A DNA stretch of 64,000 nucleotides from an uncultured Candidatus Saccharibacteria bacterium (GTDB taxonomy: Bacteria > Patescibacteriota > Saccharimonadia > Saccharimonadales > CAIOMD01): contig CAZMHM010000006.1 in assembly GCA_964566135.1 (NCBI GenBank), forward strand, positions 2,973-66,972. The letters are read 5' to 3'. Numbering within the stretch: position 1 is the first letter of the stretch; each line of letters starts with the position of its first letter. The translations under genes and the position numbers were made by a program. Positions 19,317 through 30,796 of this stretch are shown in pieces. A model generated the notes under the pieces. That model made no database searches. It had not been told where the DNA came from and worked only from the letters and a program-made list of their open reading frames with translations.

Positions 19317-19676
19317 ATGCAACAGAATCACGAACTACACACCACTCACGAAATGATTAGGGATCGCATAAGCGAGCTTAATATTGCCGTACAAGAACTT
19401 ATTGATGCAATCGATATTGTCGCAGACAAAGTTGAGCAAGCCGCCTCTGGCACAATGCGTGATTTACATACGCTCGAGCATCAGTTTGGACACCTCGAAG
19501 AGGCACGGACGGTGGTTGAGCCAGTTGCCGAAGTTACGCCACAGGCCGCAGCATATGCTGATGTCGTAGATATTGACTCTAAGAGGCGAGAAGCCTTAGC
19601 CCGTCAGCAAGCGCAAGAGTTGGGGCAATCAACTTCGTTTGCACAGTATTTAGCCGATGCCCAGCAGGCATCATAA
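19317..19676 (+). CDS. hypothetical acidic helical protein
   Basis: ORF with an ATG just after the tatD stop. Predicted helical, no recognisable motif. Confidence 0.5.
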   Translation: MQQNHELHTTHEMIRDRISELNIAVQELIDAIDIVADKVEQAASGTMRDLHTLEHQFGHLEEARTVVEPVAEVTPQAAAYADVVDIDSKRREALARQQAQELGQSTSFAQYLADAQQAS

Positions 19677-19685
19677 GGTTTATAT

Positions 19686-20054
19686 ATGCTTAGAAAAATT
19701 CGCTCACAAATGCAATCGCAGAACCAAACTCAGGCTCGTGCAAATGCATATCGTAATCTGATTCGCCGCGAAGCAGCCATTGGTGGTACGTTATTTGGCA
19801 CATTACCAAATGGTCATCGCCGCGAGTTCTTTTGCCTTGATAGGCATACTTGGGTTTGGCACGAAGAATGGACAGACAAACTTGGCCAGCACCATGTTCG
19901 CAATACTCGTTATGATGTTCGCCCAACAGGAGTTGTTAAAGTACAGGACGGCCGTGGTTACCAGGCACTAAGTCCTAGTGAAGCCCGCAACTTACGTGAT
20001 GCCGTACGTATGTACCATCGACGGGTGATGACTGAGCTATACCAACTCGCCTAG
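19686..20054 (+). CDS. hypothetical basic protein
   Basis: 122-aa ORF 9 nt after the previous gene. Trp/His-rich core FFCLDRHTWVWHEEWTD. No family recognised. Confidence 0.55.
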   Translation: MLRKIRSQMQSQNQTQARANAYRNLIRREAAIGGTLFGTLPNGHRREFFCLDRHTWVWHEEWTDKLGQHHVRNTRYDVRPTGVVKVQDGRGYQALSPSEARNLRDAVRMYHRRVMTELYQLA

Positions 20055-20077
20055 GGTGTGCGTGCTATCGTGTAAGT

Positions 20078-21229
20078 ATGAAATCTTTCGAAAATTATTT
20101 TGATTATGCTGCAGCGACGCCAATGTTGCCAGAGGCGGTAAAGGCCATGCAGCCATATTATGCCGACAATTTTTATAACCCTTCGGCGTTGTATCTTGGC
20201 GCTCGAGCAAACCGGCAAATATTAGAATCATCCAGACATTCCGTTGCGCAAGGACTTGGGGCACGCCCCACCGAAATCATATTTACCGCAGGTGGAACAG
20301 AGGCAAACAATATTGCTCTTCACGGTATTATGCAGGCATATCCAGGATCGCATCTTGTTACGACCGCTATTGAGCATGATGCAGTGCTTGAACCAGCGAA
20401 ACAATACAATCACTCAATCGTTGGTGTTACCGAAAAGGGCATTGTGAATCTGAGCGAATTACAAAAGACAATCACCGATGCTACGGTGCTTGTTAGCGTA
20501 ATGTATGTCAATAATGAGGTTGGCGCTATTCAGCCGATAAAAGAGATTGCCGAATACATAGCTGAAGTAAAAAAAGCTCGCCGCTTGTCGGGTAACGAGC
20601 TACCAATTCTCCTTCACACCGATGCGTGCCAGGCAACGAATTATCTTGATATGCACGTTGCGCGTCTGGGTGTAGACATGATGACCGTAAACGCTGGGAA
20701 AATCTACGGTCCAAAGCAGTCAGGCGCATTATTTGTTCGCACTGGAATTGTATTGCAACCACTTATATGGGGCGGCGGGCAAGAATGGAATATTCGTAGC
20801 GGTACCGAGAATCTTGCTAATATTGTTGGATTTGCGTATGCGTTTGAAAAAGTTCGCTCACAGGCACACACAGAAGCGAAACGACTAAGCAGCATCAGAG
20901 ACACTGTTATTAAACAGCTCGAAACATCACTGCCGCAAGTAATAATTAATGGCCCAAAGGGTAATCGCCGGTTAGCGAATAATATTCATCTTACCGTGCC
21001 AGGATGCGACAATGAGCGCCTACTTATGGAGCTCGATGAATGTGGGTTTCAGGTTGCGACCGGCTCAGCTTGCAGCGCTAGCAACGATGAGCCTTCGCAT
21101 GTGCTTAGGGCTATGGGTATTGCTGATACTGATGCACAAAGTAGCATTCGCATTACTATGGGACGTTATACGACGCAAGAATCAGCACGTGCACTCGCAG
21201 ACGCAATCAAAAAGATTATTGCAAAATAG
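20078..21229 (+). CDS. cysteine desulfurase (class V aminotransferase, NifS/IscS-like)
   Basis: HTDACQA, PLP-lysine region NAGKIYGPKQSGALFVR, GTENL, and catalytic-Cys region TGSACSA. Confidence 0.9.
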   Translation: MKSFENYFDYAAATPMLPEAVKAMQPYYADNFYNPSALYLGARANRQILESSRHSVAQGLGARPTEIIFTAGGTEANNIALHGIMQAYPGSHLVTTAIEHDAVLEPAKQYNHSIVGVTEKGIVNLSELQKTITDATVLVSVMYVNNEVGAIQPIKEIAEYIAEVKKARRLSGNELPILLHTDACQATNYLDMHVARLGVDMMTVNAGKIYGPKQSGALFVRTGIVLQPLIWGGGQEWNIRSGTENLANIVGFAYAFEKVRSQAHTEAKRLSSIRDTVIKQLETSLPQVIINGPKGNRRLANNIHLTVPGCDNERLLMELDECGFQVATGSACSASNDEPSHVLRAMGIADTDAQSSIRITMGRYTTQESARALADAIKKIIAK

Positions 21230-21305
21230 CATTCGTTCATCACGATAATCATTGCTTAGGGTTAACCAAAAGCGGTATACTAACGACAAAGGGTAACGAC
21301 CCCTT

Positions 21306-22142
21306 ATGATGAACGTACAAATACTTAAAAAAACTTTTATATTTGTTGGAGCCATTTTGCTGGCTCTTTTTGCAGTAGCGCCATTAGCGTCTGCGCAGAC
21401 GGTTACGCAAGGGTATGGCTCTGATTCCGTCTTACAACGTGGCATGATTGTTGGCCTCAAAAAGGACGATCTTCGTAAAGTAGAGCCCATCAATGCAGAT
21501 CAGTTCGAACGAGTCCATGGTGTCGTTGTAGGGGCTAACGACTCAGCGGTATTGCTTGGCAACGACTCAGAAAAAATCTACGTAGCTAGTGGCGGCCGTT
21601 TTACTGTTTTAGTGAGCGACCAAATGGGTGACATTGTTGCAGGCGATTTTGTAACTTTATCTTCAGTTAACGGTATCGGTATGAAGGCAGGTGACCACGA
21701 CCCGGTTATTTTAGGTAAAGCATTAGAAGCTTTTAAAGGATCGGACACGAATCAGTTAGTTGGTACCGCAAAGGTAAAAGACACAAATGGTAAGGAGCGC
21801 CAAATTCGTATCGGAAGGGTAATTGTCGATGTTTCTATTGGCAAAAACCCGCTTCTAAAAAACGATAATTCACTACCGAGTGCGCTTAAGCGCGCCAGTG
21901 AAATGATTGCTGGTAAATCAGTGTCGCCTGTTAGGGTATATTTAAGCTTAGTCGTCTTGGCTATATCGGCAATGATTGCCGGAAGCCTCATATACAGCGC
22001 TGTTAGAAGCTCGTTAATTGCTATCGGACGTAACCCGTTAAGCAAAAAATCTATCATCAGAGGTCTATTTCAGGTTGTTATTATTGGATTAATGGTTTTC
22101 TTAAGTGGTATATTTGGCGTATACTTACTGCTAAAGCTTTAA
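21306..22142 (+). CDS. secreted-domain protein with a C-terminal two-helix membrane hairpin (hypothetical)
   Basis: Signal peptide (AVAPLASA), about 170-aa soluble domain, then the hairpin ...SSLIAIGRNPLSKKSIIRGLFQVVIIGLMVFLSG.... Sits immediately upstream of the atp operon. Confidence 0.65.
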   Translation: MMNVQILKKTFIFVGAILLALFAVAPLASAQTVTQGYGSDSVLQRGMIVGLKKDDLRKVEPINADQFERVHGVVVGANDSAVLLGNDSEKIYVASGGRFTVLVSDQMGDIVAGDFVTLSSVNGIGMKAGDHDPVILGKALEAFKGSDTNQLVGTAKVKDTNGKERQIRIGRVIVDVSIGKNPLLKNDNSLPSALKRASEMIAGKSVSPVRVYLSLVVLAISAMIAGSLIYSAVRSSLIAIGRNPLSKKSIIRGLFQVVIIGLMVFLSGIFGVYLLLKL

Positions 22143-22171
22143 AGACAAATAAGGGGGGTGGGAACTAAGCT

Positions 22172-22795
22172 ATGAACATGGCGCAAATCGCATTAGTCGC
22201 AGGACTGTTGTTGGCTGCCATTGGCGTTGCTGTTTTTGCCTACCTAAAGTCTAAGAAACCTGATACACGTACCGGTAAAACTACCGAAGAAGCTCTTGCT
22301 AAAACTGCCGAAGCAGATGCAGAACGTATTTTCGACGATGAATTCCGCGAGGAACTCCGCAACAGGGGTCGATTACACTTTGAGAAAATCATTGGCGAAA
22401 ACGCTATGTTCTTGCAGCAAGACTTACGGCTTACAACGAGCCAGCTTAACGACTATATGAAAGAAGAAATTAAGCGTGTTTTGCAAGATGAATTTGCCAA
22501 ATACGAAGAATCAATCTCGAATGCAAAAGATTTAGCGCTTGATTCAATCCAGAAGACCCAAGAAGTCATCGAGCAACAGCGCTTAGTCCTTGAAAAACAA
22601 ATGAACGATCAAGCCGCTACCGAAAAGGCCCGTTTGCTTGAGCACTTTGAAAACAACATGGCCGATATCGTGAATCACTACATTCTTGCCGCCATTGGTA
22701 ACGAAATCGACCTGACTGTTCAATTAGATTATATTTTCCAGTACCTAGAAGAAAACAAAGAGGCTATCGTCGAGGATATTCGCAGTGGAACTTAA
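22172..22795 (+). CDS. atpF: ATP synthase subunit b-like (N-terminal TM plus long helix)
   Basis: Strong Shine-Dalgarno (AAGGGGGGTGGG), single N-terminal TM and a long charged helical region. Position directly before the delta/alpha genes. Confidence 0.6.
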   Translation: MNMAQIALVAGLLLAAIGVAVFAYLKSKKPDTRTGKTTEEALAKTAEADAERIFDDEFREELRNRGRLHFEKIIGENAMFLQQDLRLTTSQLNDYMKEEIKRVLQDEFAKYEESISNAKDLALDSIQKTQEVIEQQRLVLEKQMNDQAATEKARLLEHFENNMADIVNHYILAAIGNEIDLTVQLDYIFQYLEENKEAIVEDIRSGT

Positions 22796-23252
22796 ACTTC
22801 CGTTAATTCTAGCTAGTAAACAAGATATAACACACGTGCACCGAGAGCTCAGTGTGTTTTTAGATATGATAATGCAAAGCATTATGCGCCATGAAAACCC
22901 CATTAAATACCCAGCGATTTCTGCAACCTTACGTGCGCTAGCGGTAGAAAACCAAGTTGATTTACGCGATCAAGAAGCCTGCCAAAAGCTACTTGCTCAG
23001 CTTGATAAACTCAAGCAAGAGGCGCCAGCAGTACATATTAGTTTTCCAGTCGACCCATCCCCTGAAGTGGTTCAGAAGTTAGTGCAGTGGTTGCGTAAAG
23101 AGGTTGATCCACGCATTGTTATTCAAATAGGCCTCCAGCCTTCGATTGCGGCCGGCATTGTTATGCGTACACCAAACCATCAGTTTGACTTTAGCCTGCG
23201 TCAGCACTTGTATCGTAATCGTAGCAAGCTCATGGAGGTGCTTAACGCATGA
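22785..23252 (+). CDS. atpH: ATP synthase subunit delta (OSCP)-like
   Basis: GTG start overlapping atpF. C-terminal pattern [10 protein letters not shown]...[22 protein letters not shown] matches the delta C-terminal domain. Overlaps atpA by ATGA. Confidence 0.65.
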   Translation: MELKLPLILASKQDITHVHRELSVFLDMIMQSIMRHENPIKYPAISATLRALAVENQVDLRDQEACQKLLAQLDKLKQEAPAVHISFPVDPSPEVVQKLVQWLRKEVDPRIVIQIGLQPSIAAGIVMRTPNHQFDFSLRQHLYRNRSKLMEVLNA

Positions 23253-24678
23253 GCAACAAGCATTTCGATTTTCTAGTTGAATCCGGCCATCCAATTGGCG
23301 AAGTTATCGCAGTCGATAAATATCTTATTAAGGTTAAGGGTCTGCACCCAACCAATCAGCACGCATTAGTGCTGTTTGATGATGGCTCTAAGGGAATCGT
23401 GCACTATGTGTACGAAGATCACGTGGAACTATTACACCTTGGTGATGTTGAGCTACGGGTTGGTATGACGGCGGTTGTACAGCATGATGAGCTTGTAGCA
23501 AAGGTAGGCAAAGACTTTGTTGGGCGTGTTATCTCTGTAACCGGCGAGCCGCTAGACGGCAAGGGTCCGATTGCGGCTGATGCAACAAAGACGGTCTTTA
23601 ACTCAGCTCCACCGCTATACACTCGTCAACAGCTATCTGATCAGCTTGAAACAGGCGTAACCGTTATTGATAGCTTATTCCCAATTGTGCGCGGCCAGCG
23701 TATGGCAATACTTGGTGATAGTAAATCTGGCAAAAGTACACTTATGACGCAAATGGCGTTACACCAAAAAGAAAGTGGTGTAACGGTTGTGTATGTGCTG
23801 ATTGGTAAGCGACGTGCCGATGTTGATATTTTATTGTCACGCCTGCAAGAACAAGATGCCCTAAAAAATACCATCGTGATTGTTTCGACATTGTTTGAAT
23901 CACTTGTTATGACCTACCTAGCGCCTTATGTCGGCTGCACGATGGCAGAATATTTCTGGCAAGATCTCGACGAAGACGCAATTATTATCTATGACGATTT
24001 AACGAGTCACGCTATGGCGTACCGTGAAATTTCATTGCTTGCTGGCGTAAGCCCTGGCCGTGACTCATATCCTGGTGATATGTTCTATGCTCACAGTAGT
24101 TTGCTTGAACGTGCTGGCCGTTTGGCGCGCAACACTAAAACTCTGACGAGCTTTCCTATGGTGCTTGCCTCTGGAGGTGATATTACTGCCTACCTACCAA
24201 CAAATATCATGTCTATCACAGATGGACAGTGGATTCTAGACATGGATATCTTTCGGGATGGTATTAGACCGGCGCTAAACATTGGGCTATCCGTGACTCG
24301 TGTCGGTGGTGTTGGCCATAATGATAGACAAAAAGAAGTTGTTGCTCGCGTGATGAAAACTCTGGCATCTTACAGACAAGCTGCGGAATATTCACGATTT
24401 GGGTCAGAACTAGCACTCGAAGCAAAACAAGATTTAGCAGCCGGTAAGCGCATTTACGAACTTATTGGCCAAAAGCCTACCGAGACGTTTAGTGTTATGG
24501 CGCAACAAATGATGTTCGAGATTACGCTTGATTTAAATGACGGTGAAATGCTTGATTTAGAGACGTTACGTGCGCTAGCAAACGAATATGGCGCGAAAGT
24601 TGTTGAGGATGACAAAAATTCCAACTATGATCAAATTAAAACTGAGCTAAAAGCCAAGAGCCTGATGGAGATTAAAAA

Positions 24679-24682
<4 letters not shown>
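23249..24682 (+). CDS. atpA: F1 ATP synthase subunit alpha
   Basis: P-loop [52 protein letters not shown]. Confidence 0.93.
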
Positions 24683-26834
<2,152 letters not shown>

Positions 26835-26838
26835 GGCT

Positions 26839-27153
26839 ATGGCAACAAAACTAGCTGAACCCACCGACAAAAAACCAGAGGATAAAAAGCAGGGTCCGAA
26901 AGAAGGCGATACATTTCATTTAAAAGTCTATTCACCGTTCAAGAACTATTACGAGGGAGATGTTGATAGTCTTTCAGCAGTCAACGATACCGGTCCATTT
27001 GATATTTTAGCTGGCCACCATAACTTTATTACCTTGCTTAATCCATGCGATTTAGTAATTCGCGCTAAGTCAAAAGACGACGAAATTATTAAAATTACTC
27101 GCGGTATTATGCAAGTAAAAGCCGATAACGTTGTTATCTTTTTAGACGTTTAA
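26839..27153 (+). CDS. atpC: F1 ATP synthase subunit epsilon (beta-sandwich domain only)
   Basis: 104 aa. The pattern LKVYSPF...GPFDILAGHHNFITLL...IMQVKADNVVIFLD matches the epsilon N-terminal domain. Last gene of the operon. Confidence 0.75.
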   Translation: MATKLAEPTDKKPEDKKQGPKEGDTFHLKVYSPFKNYYEGDVDSLSAVNDTGPFDILAGHHNFITLLNPCDLVIRAKSKDDEIIKITRGIMQVKADNVVIFLDV

Positions 27154-28175
27154 TCGATAGCGATATAGTCAAATGCGCAACTACTACCTGGGTTGCCATT
27201 GTTTGTCGTGCCAATAGAGAATCCAGCTGTCGTGCGGTTTACGTAAAAGTTAAGGTTTGCGCAACTTGAGCCGACAGGTGTAATTACGACATGTGGTGTC
27301 TGTGCGAATGCATTGCCAAATGTAATATTTGCGATGATTCCAGCGACTAGCCCGGTACCAAAGTTAATGCTTACTGTTCCAGCGGTGTCTGTGCCACTTA
27401 CTGAAACCGTTCCAGCGCTACCAACAGCTGTACCGCTTGCGGCACGCGGCGTAGGGCCACCAGCATCGATATGTCGGTTCAGTTGGATATCTTTATTCAT
27501 AATAAGTTGGTCGATGCTAAGTGACGGAGCAGAAAGTGTGCCGGCAAATGTTGCACTACCGCCAACAGAAAGATTCTTTTGAACGGTTAAAGTTCCCTGC
27601 ACGGCTTCGTTGCCAGAAACTGACAGGTTATTGCCAACAGTTACGTTTTCGAATGATGAAGTACCCGATACAGTAATGCCCGGTAAGCTTAAAGCGCCAC
27701 CAACTCTAATAGTCCCGGCAACATCTAAGCTGTCACGCACTAAAACTCGGCCATTGAACACGGCGTTTGATGCGATAGTAAGAGTTTGTTTGGCATCACC
27801 AACGGTTGTGTCGTTGTTTTTAAGATTCTGCAAATCTTCGGTACTTAATGCTTGGCCAGCTACATTATTTTGGTCGGCTGCTTTTTTGCTCGCTTTGTAT
27901 GATGCAAACGATGCAATTGCGGCAAGTAACAGCACGAGTACAAACAGCAAGAAGTAAATGTTAATACCTGCAATCAGATCTTGAATACGTTGGCCAAAAC
28001 TTTTATGCGGTTTTTTGCGTGGAGCATCCTCGATAGTTGCAGTATTTTTGGTGCCATCAAGCGAATCGCTGTTATCCTCGGTGGTAGCAGTAGGGCTGTT
28101 TTGTGGCGCAACGGTAGTTTCGCTGTTTTCAAGCGAATTATTTGCAGGGTCCGTCGTATCTTGTTTATTGTCCAT
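27150..28175 (-). CDS. membrane-anchored surface protein: disordered N-terminus, TM, beta-helix-like repeats, C-terminal H-type-lectin-like domain
   Basis: TM helix INIYFLLFVLVLLLAAIASFA. Repeated G-x-L/V-x-V-x-G units (VAGTIRVGGALSLPGITVSGTSSFENVTVGNNLSVSGNEAVQGTLTVQKNLSVGGSATFAGTLS). C-terminal NITFGNAFAQTPHVVITPVG...GFSIG pattern resembles H-type lectin domains. Confidence 0.75.
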   Translation of the reverse strand: MDNKQDTTDPANNSLENSETTVAPQNSPTATTEDNSDSLDGTKNTATIEDAPRKKPHKSFGQRIQDLIAGINIYFLLFVLVLLLAAIASFASYKASKKAADQNNVAGQALSTEDLQNLKNNDTTVGDAKQTLTIASNAVFNGRVLVRDSLDVAGTIRVGGALSLPGITVSGTSSFENVTVGNNLSVSGNEAVQGTLTVQKNLSVGGSATFAGTLSAPSLSIDQLIMNKDIQLNRHIDAGGPTPRAASGTAVGSAGTVSVSGTDTAGTVSINFGTGLVAGIIANITFGNAFAQTPHVVITPVGSSCANLNFYVNRTTAGFSIGTTNNGNPGSSCAFDYIAID

Positions 28176-28287
28176 GTTTTAGCTGGTTATAACACTGTAA
28201 ATTATTATGCTTACTATACTACAAAACCACAGATAAGCGCTACCAGTTTGCAAAAAACCATACTCAGGATATAAAATAGGGTTACAA

Positions 28288-29058
28288 ATGGGGAAGTACA
28301 AACAAACACTAAAAAGGTTTAGTGCGCTCACAGTTATGATTGGGGCTATTTTGTCGCCAGGTGCGTTTACGAGCCTGGTGTTAGCTGCGCCGACCTATTC
28401 CTCACCTACCTACGGTGTTGATGAAGTATTTATGGGCTCTGGTGGTGTTAATGATGCAGCATCTACGAACTATCGCGGCCGGGCAAGCCTTGGCGACTTG
28501 GGTATTGGTAACAGTGCTAGCACAAACTATCAAGCCTACGGTGGTTTTACTACAACGCCTGACCCATATATTGAGATGGCAGTAACAACCACTAACGTTG
28601 ACCTTGGTTATTTGTCGACTGGCTCCACTACGTTTACGACTAACACATTTACCGTGCGCACCTATTTAGCGAGTGGGTATGTCGTTGTGAATGCAGCCGA
28701 TCCTCCAAAGAATACTGGGCCACTAGGTAACTTCTTAAACGCTTTATCGAGCCCAACAGCGCCTGCTATTGGTACTGAGCAATTTGGCATTAACTTAATG
28801 CTCAATGATAGCCCTGCAGTTTCTGGCTCGGCAGATGCTCAGCAGATACCAAGTGGTGCCTATAGTAATGGTGCCGCACAGGCAGGTTACAACACCAAGA
28901 ACGTCTATAAATACGTCAAGGGCGACACTATCGCTGGCAGCAGTTCTAGCTCTGGCACGACACAATATACGATTTCGTACATGTATAATATTTCGTCGAA
29001 CACGCCGTCAGGCCAATATGATTTTAATCATATTATTGTAGCTACTTCGACTTACTAA
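28288..29058 (+). CDS. secreted beta-rich surface protein, short member of the local paralog family (WxL-like/pilin-like C-terminal domain only)
   Basis: Signal peptide (...TSLVLA/AP). Shares GTEQFGINL and the C-terminal strand ...GQYDFNHIIVATSTY-stop with the three downstream paralogs. Confidence 0.7.
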   Translation: MGKYKQTLKRFSALTVMIGAILSPGAFTSLVLAAPTYSSPTYGVDEVFMGSGGVNDAASTNYRGRASLGDLGIGNSASTNYQAYGGFTTTPDPYIEMAVTTTNVDLGYLSTGSTTFTTNTFTVRTYLASGYVVVNAADPPKNTGPLGNFLNALSSPTAPAIGTEQFGINLMLNDSPAVSGSADAQQIPSGAYSNGAAQAGYNTKNVYKYVKGDTIAGSSSSSGTTQYTISYMYNISSNTPSGQYDFNHIIVATSTY

Positions 29059-29163
29059 GACCTGTGGATAACTATTTGTCAAATCTATTGTGTTGTATCT
29101 AAAAGCGTGATACTCTGAGCTTGCTACAAGCAAAAACAAAAAACAATTAAAGGAGAAGAAGCA

Positions 29164-30438
29164 ATGGTTAAAGCCAAAGCGCTTCTGACACGCACATCTG
29201 CGATAGTGTCAGCGGCAACATTGGCTGCCGTGTCGGTCTTACCGGTCGTTCTCAACGGATCAGCGCACGCGCTTATACAGTCGCGAAGCGTTACCATGAG
29301 TACGTCGCAAGCCGATGCAACGGGCGTAACATACGCCGTACGTTTTAAAGCGTCAGCCAATATGACCATTAAGGGCGTAATTGTCGACTTTTGTGAAGAA
29401 AGTCCAATTATTGGTAACGGAACCTGTACAAAACCAGGCTCTGGCTCTACAAACTTTACTATAGGTGCGCCTACAGTAAACAACTATCAAAACATGTCTG
29501 GTTGGACAGCGGCCAGCGGTAATACAGGCCGAACCCTAGCCCTTACGAAGGCTGGTGGCGAAAGTCTCGTAACAGCGGGTACTCCAACTTACGGTTTTGA
29601 TATCACAACCGTCACAAACCCTGATCTTGGCAACCACACCTTTTACGCTCGTATTTTGCTATATGCAAACGACACAGGTGCTGACAGCCCAGGCTCAGCT
29701 GGTTCAGGTGGTTACTTAGATACTGGTACTCCTACTGCAGGTACCTACCTCGATGCAGGTGGTGCAGCATTAAGTACCGCTAACCAACTACAAATTACCT
29801 CAAAGGTGCAAGAGCGTCTAACATTCTGTTTGTACACTTCTGCAACTTGTACTACATCAGGTACTGAAAAGGACACAACCGGTGCTAACCGCACGAGTGC
29901 TGTGACCCTTGGTGATACCAACGGTGTACTAGACACTGCAGGTCCATTTGTAGATAAAAGCGCAAAGTTTGATATTTCAACAAACGCTATTTCTGGCGCA
30001 ATGGTTGTAATGAAGGGTGACACACTTAAGAGTGGTTCATTTGACATCGCAAACTCACTTGTTTCAGGAATGGGCGCAACGGCTGGTACTGCATACGCAA
30101 GCGCAGCCGGAACAGAACAGTTTGGTATGTGTTTGTATGAACCAGTTGCAAACGGACTCGACATTACTGCCGGTACCGTCGGTAACAGCACATACAACAA
30201 CGCCAACTGTAGTACTACCTCACAAACTGCCGGTACTGGTAGCTTTGGTGGTAACGGTAGCGCAAACTTCGGGTTTAACATTACAAACGTAACATCAGCT
30301 GCTGGTGATACGATTGCTAAGAAGCCTGCTGGTTCACTATCGACAGCACAACTTGCCTTCATCGGTAACGTAGCTCCTACAACCGAGGCTGGTATTTACA
30401 AAACGACACTCACATTTATCGCGACAGGTACTTACTAA
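29164..30438 (+). CDS. secreted beta-rich surface protein, long paralog A
   Basis: AGGAG Shine-Dalgarno and signal peptide (...GSAHA). Conserved blocks SRSVTMSTS, GVTYAVRF, VVDFC..SPIIGN, FYARI, GGAALSTANQLQITSKVQERLTFC, GTEKDTTGANRT, TEQFG, and terminal AGIYKTTLTFIATGTY-stop. Confidence 0.8.
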   Translation: MVKAKALLTRTSAIVSAATLAAVSVLPVVLNGSAHALIQSRSVTMSTSQADATGVTYAVRFKASANMTIKGVIVDFCEESPIIGNGTCTKPGSGSTNFTIGAPTVNNYQNMSGWTAASGNTGRTLALTKAGGESLVTAGTPTYGFDITTVTNPDLGNHTFYARILLYANDTGADSPGSAGSGGYLDTGTPTAGTYLDAGGAALSTANQLQITSKVQERLTFCLYTSATCTTSGTEKDTTGANRTSAVTLGDTNGVLDTAGPFVDKSAKFDISTNAISGAMVVMKGDTLKSGSFDIANSLVSGMGATAGTAYASAAGTEQFGMCLYEPVANGLDITAGTVGNSTYNNANCSTTSQTAGTGSFGGNGSANFGFNITNVTSAAGDTIAKKPAGSLSTAQLAFIGNVAPTTEAGIYKTTLTFIATGTY

Positions 30439-30484
30439 TAATTACCAATAACGTTTAGAAAGTCTTTGCTTGTACAAATTCGGC

Positions 30485-30517
30485 AAAACGGCGCCATCCC
30501 GGCGCCGTTTTGTTTTG
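30485..30517 (+). terminator. rho-independent terminator after paralog A
   Basis: 11-bp perfect stem aaaacggcgcc/ggcgccgtttt with a 5-nt loop, followed by a T-rich run (gttttgt). Confidence 0.8.
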
Positions 30518-30608
30518 TGCTGTTTAAGCCGAGTATCTCTAATAAAAACTTTTCACTATTAGTATTCACTCGGGCTACATAGTGAAGAAACATATCTATT
30601 AGCATTAT

Positions 30609-30662
30609 AAGGTTGGTGTTGACGGAACGGCTCTACAGTTTATTGCAACAGGTACATACTAG
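30609..30662 (+). pseudogene. orphan 3'-end remnant of a further paralog (last about 17 codons plus stop)
   Basis: 54 nt reading K V G V D G T A L Q F I A T G T Y stop. 47/54 nt are identical by manual alignment to the 3' end of paralog B (32109-32162). No upstream ORF; followed by its own terminator. Confidence 0.7.
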
Positions 30663-30688
30663 GCATAATAGGTATACACACAATCTAG

Positions 30689-30722
30689 AACCGCACACCA
30701 AAAACATAGTGTGCGGTTTTCT
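30689..30722 (+). terminator. rho-independent terminator after the paralog remnant
   Basis: 10-bp stem aaccgcacac/gtgtgcggtt with a 10-nt loop, followed by ttct. Confidence 0.65.
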
Positions 30723-30765
30723 GTGTATAATCTGTCAAATTAATTTTTTGCAGTAATTGTAAGAA

Positions 30766-30796
30766 TGTGGATAACTTGTCAACATTACCGTTGACA
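30766..30796 (+). promoter_or_regulatory. shared upstream motif TGTGGATAAC..TTGTCAA plus a 7-bp inverted repeat (TGTCAAC-6-GTTGACA) and a TTGACA -35-like box upstream of paralog B
   Basis: TGTGGATAAC recurs at 29063-29072 upstream of paralog A. The inverted repeat is 30777-30783/30790-30796. TTGACA (30791-30796), 18 nt, then TATCCT is a plausible promoter. Confidence 0.45.

Noticed and set aside
29063-29072. Perfect DnaA-box 9-mers (TGTGGATAA) at 29063 and 30766 as evidence for a replication origin
   Set aside because: Only two boxes were seen, both embedded in a longer motif duplicated upstream of paralogous genes. No dnaA, dnaN or AT-rich unwinding element is nearby. A duplicated promoter/operator explains them better.
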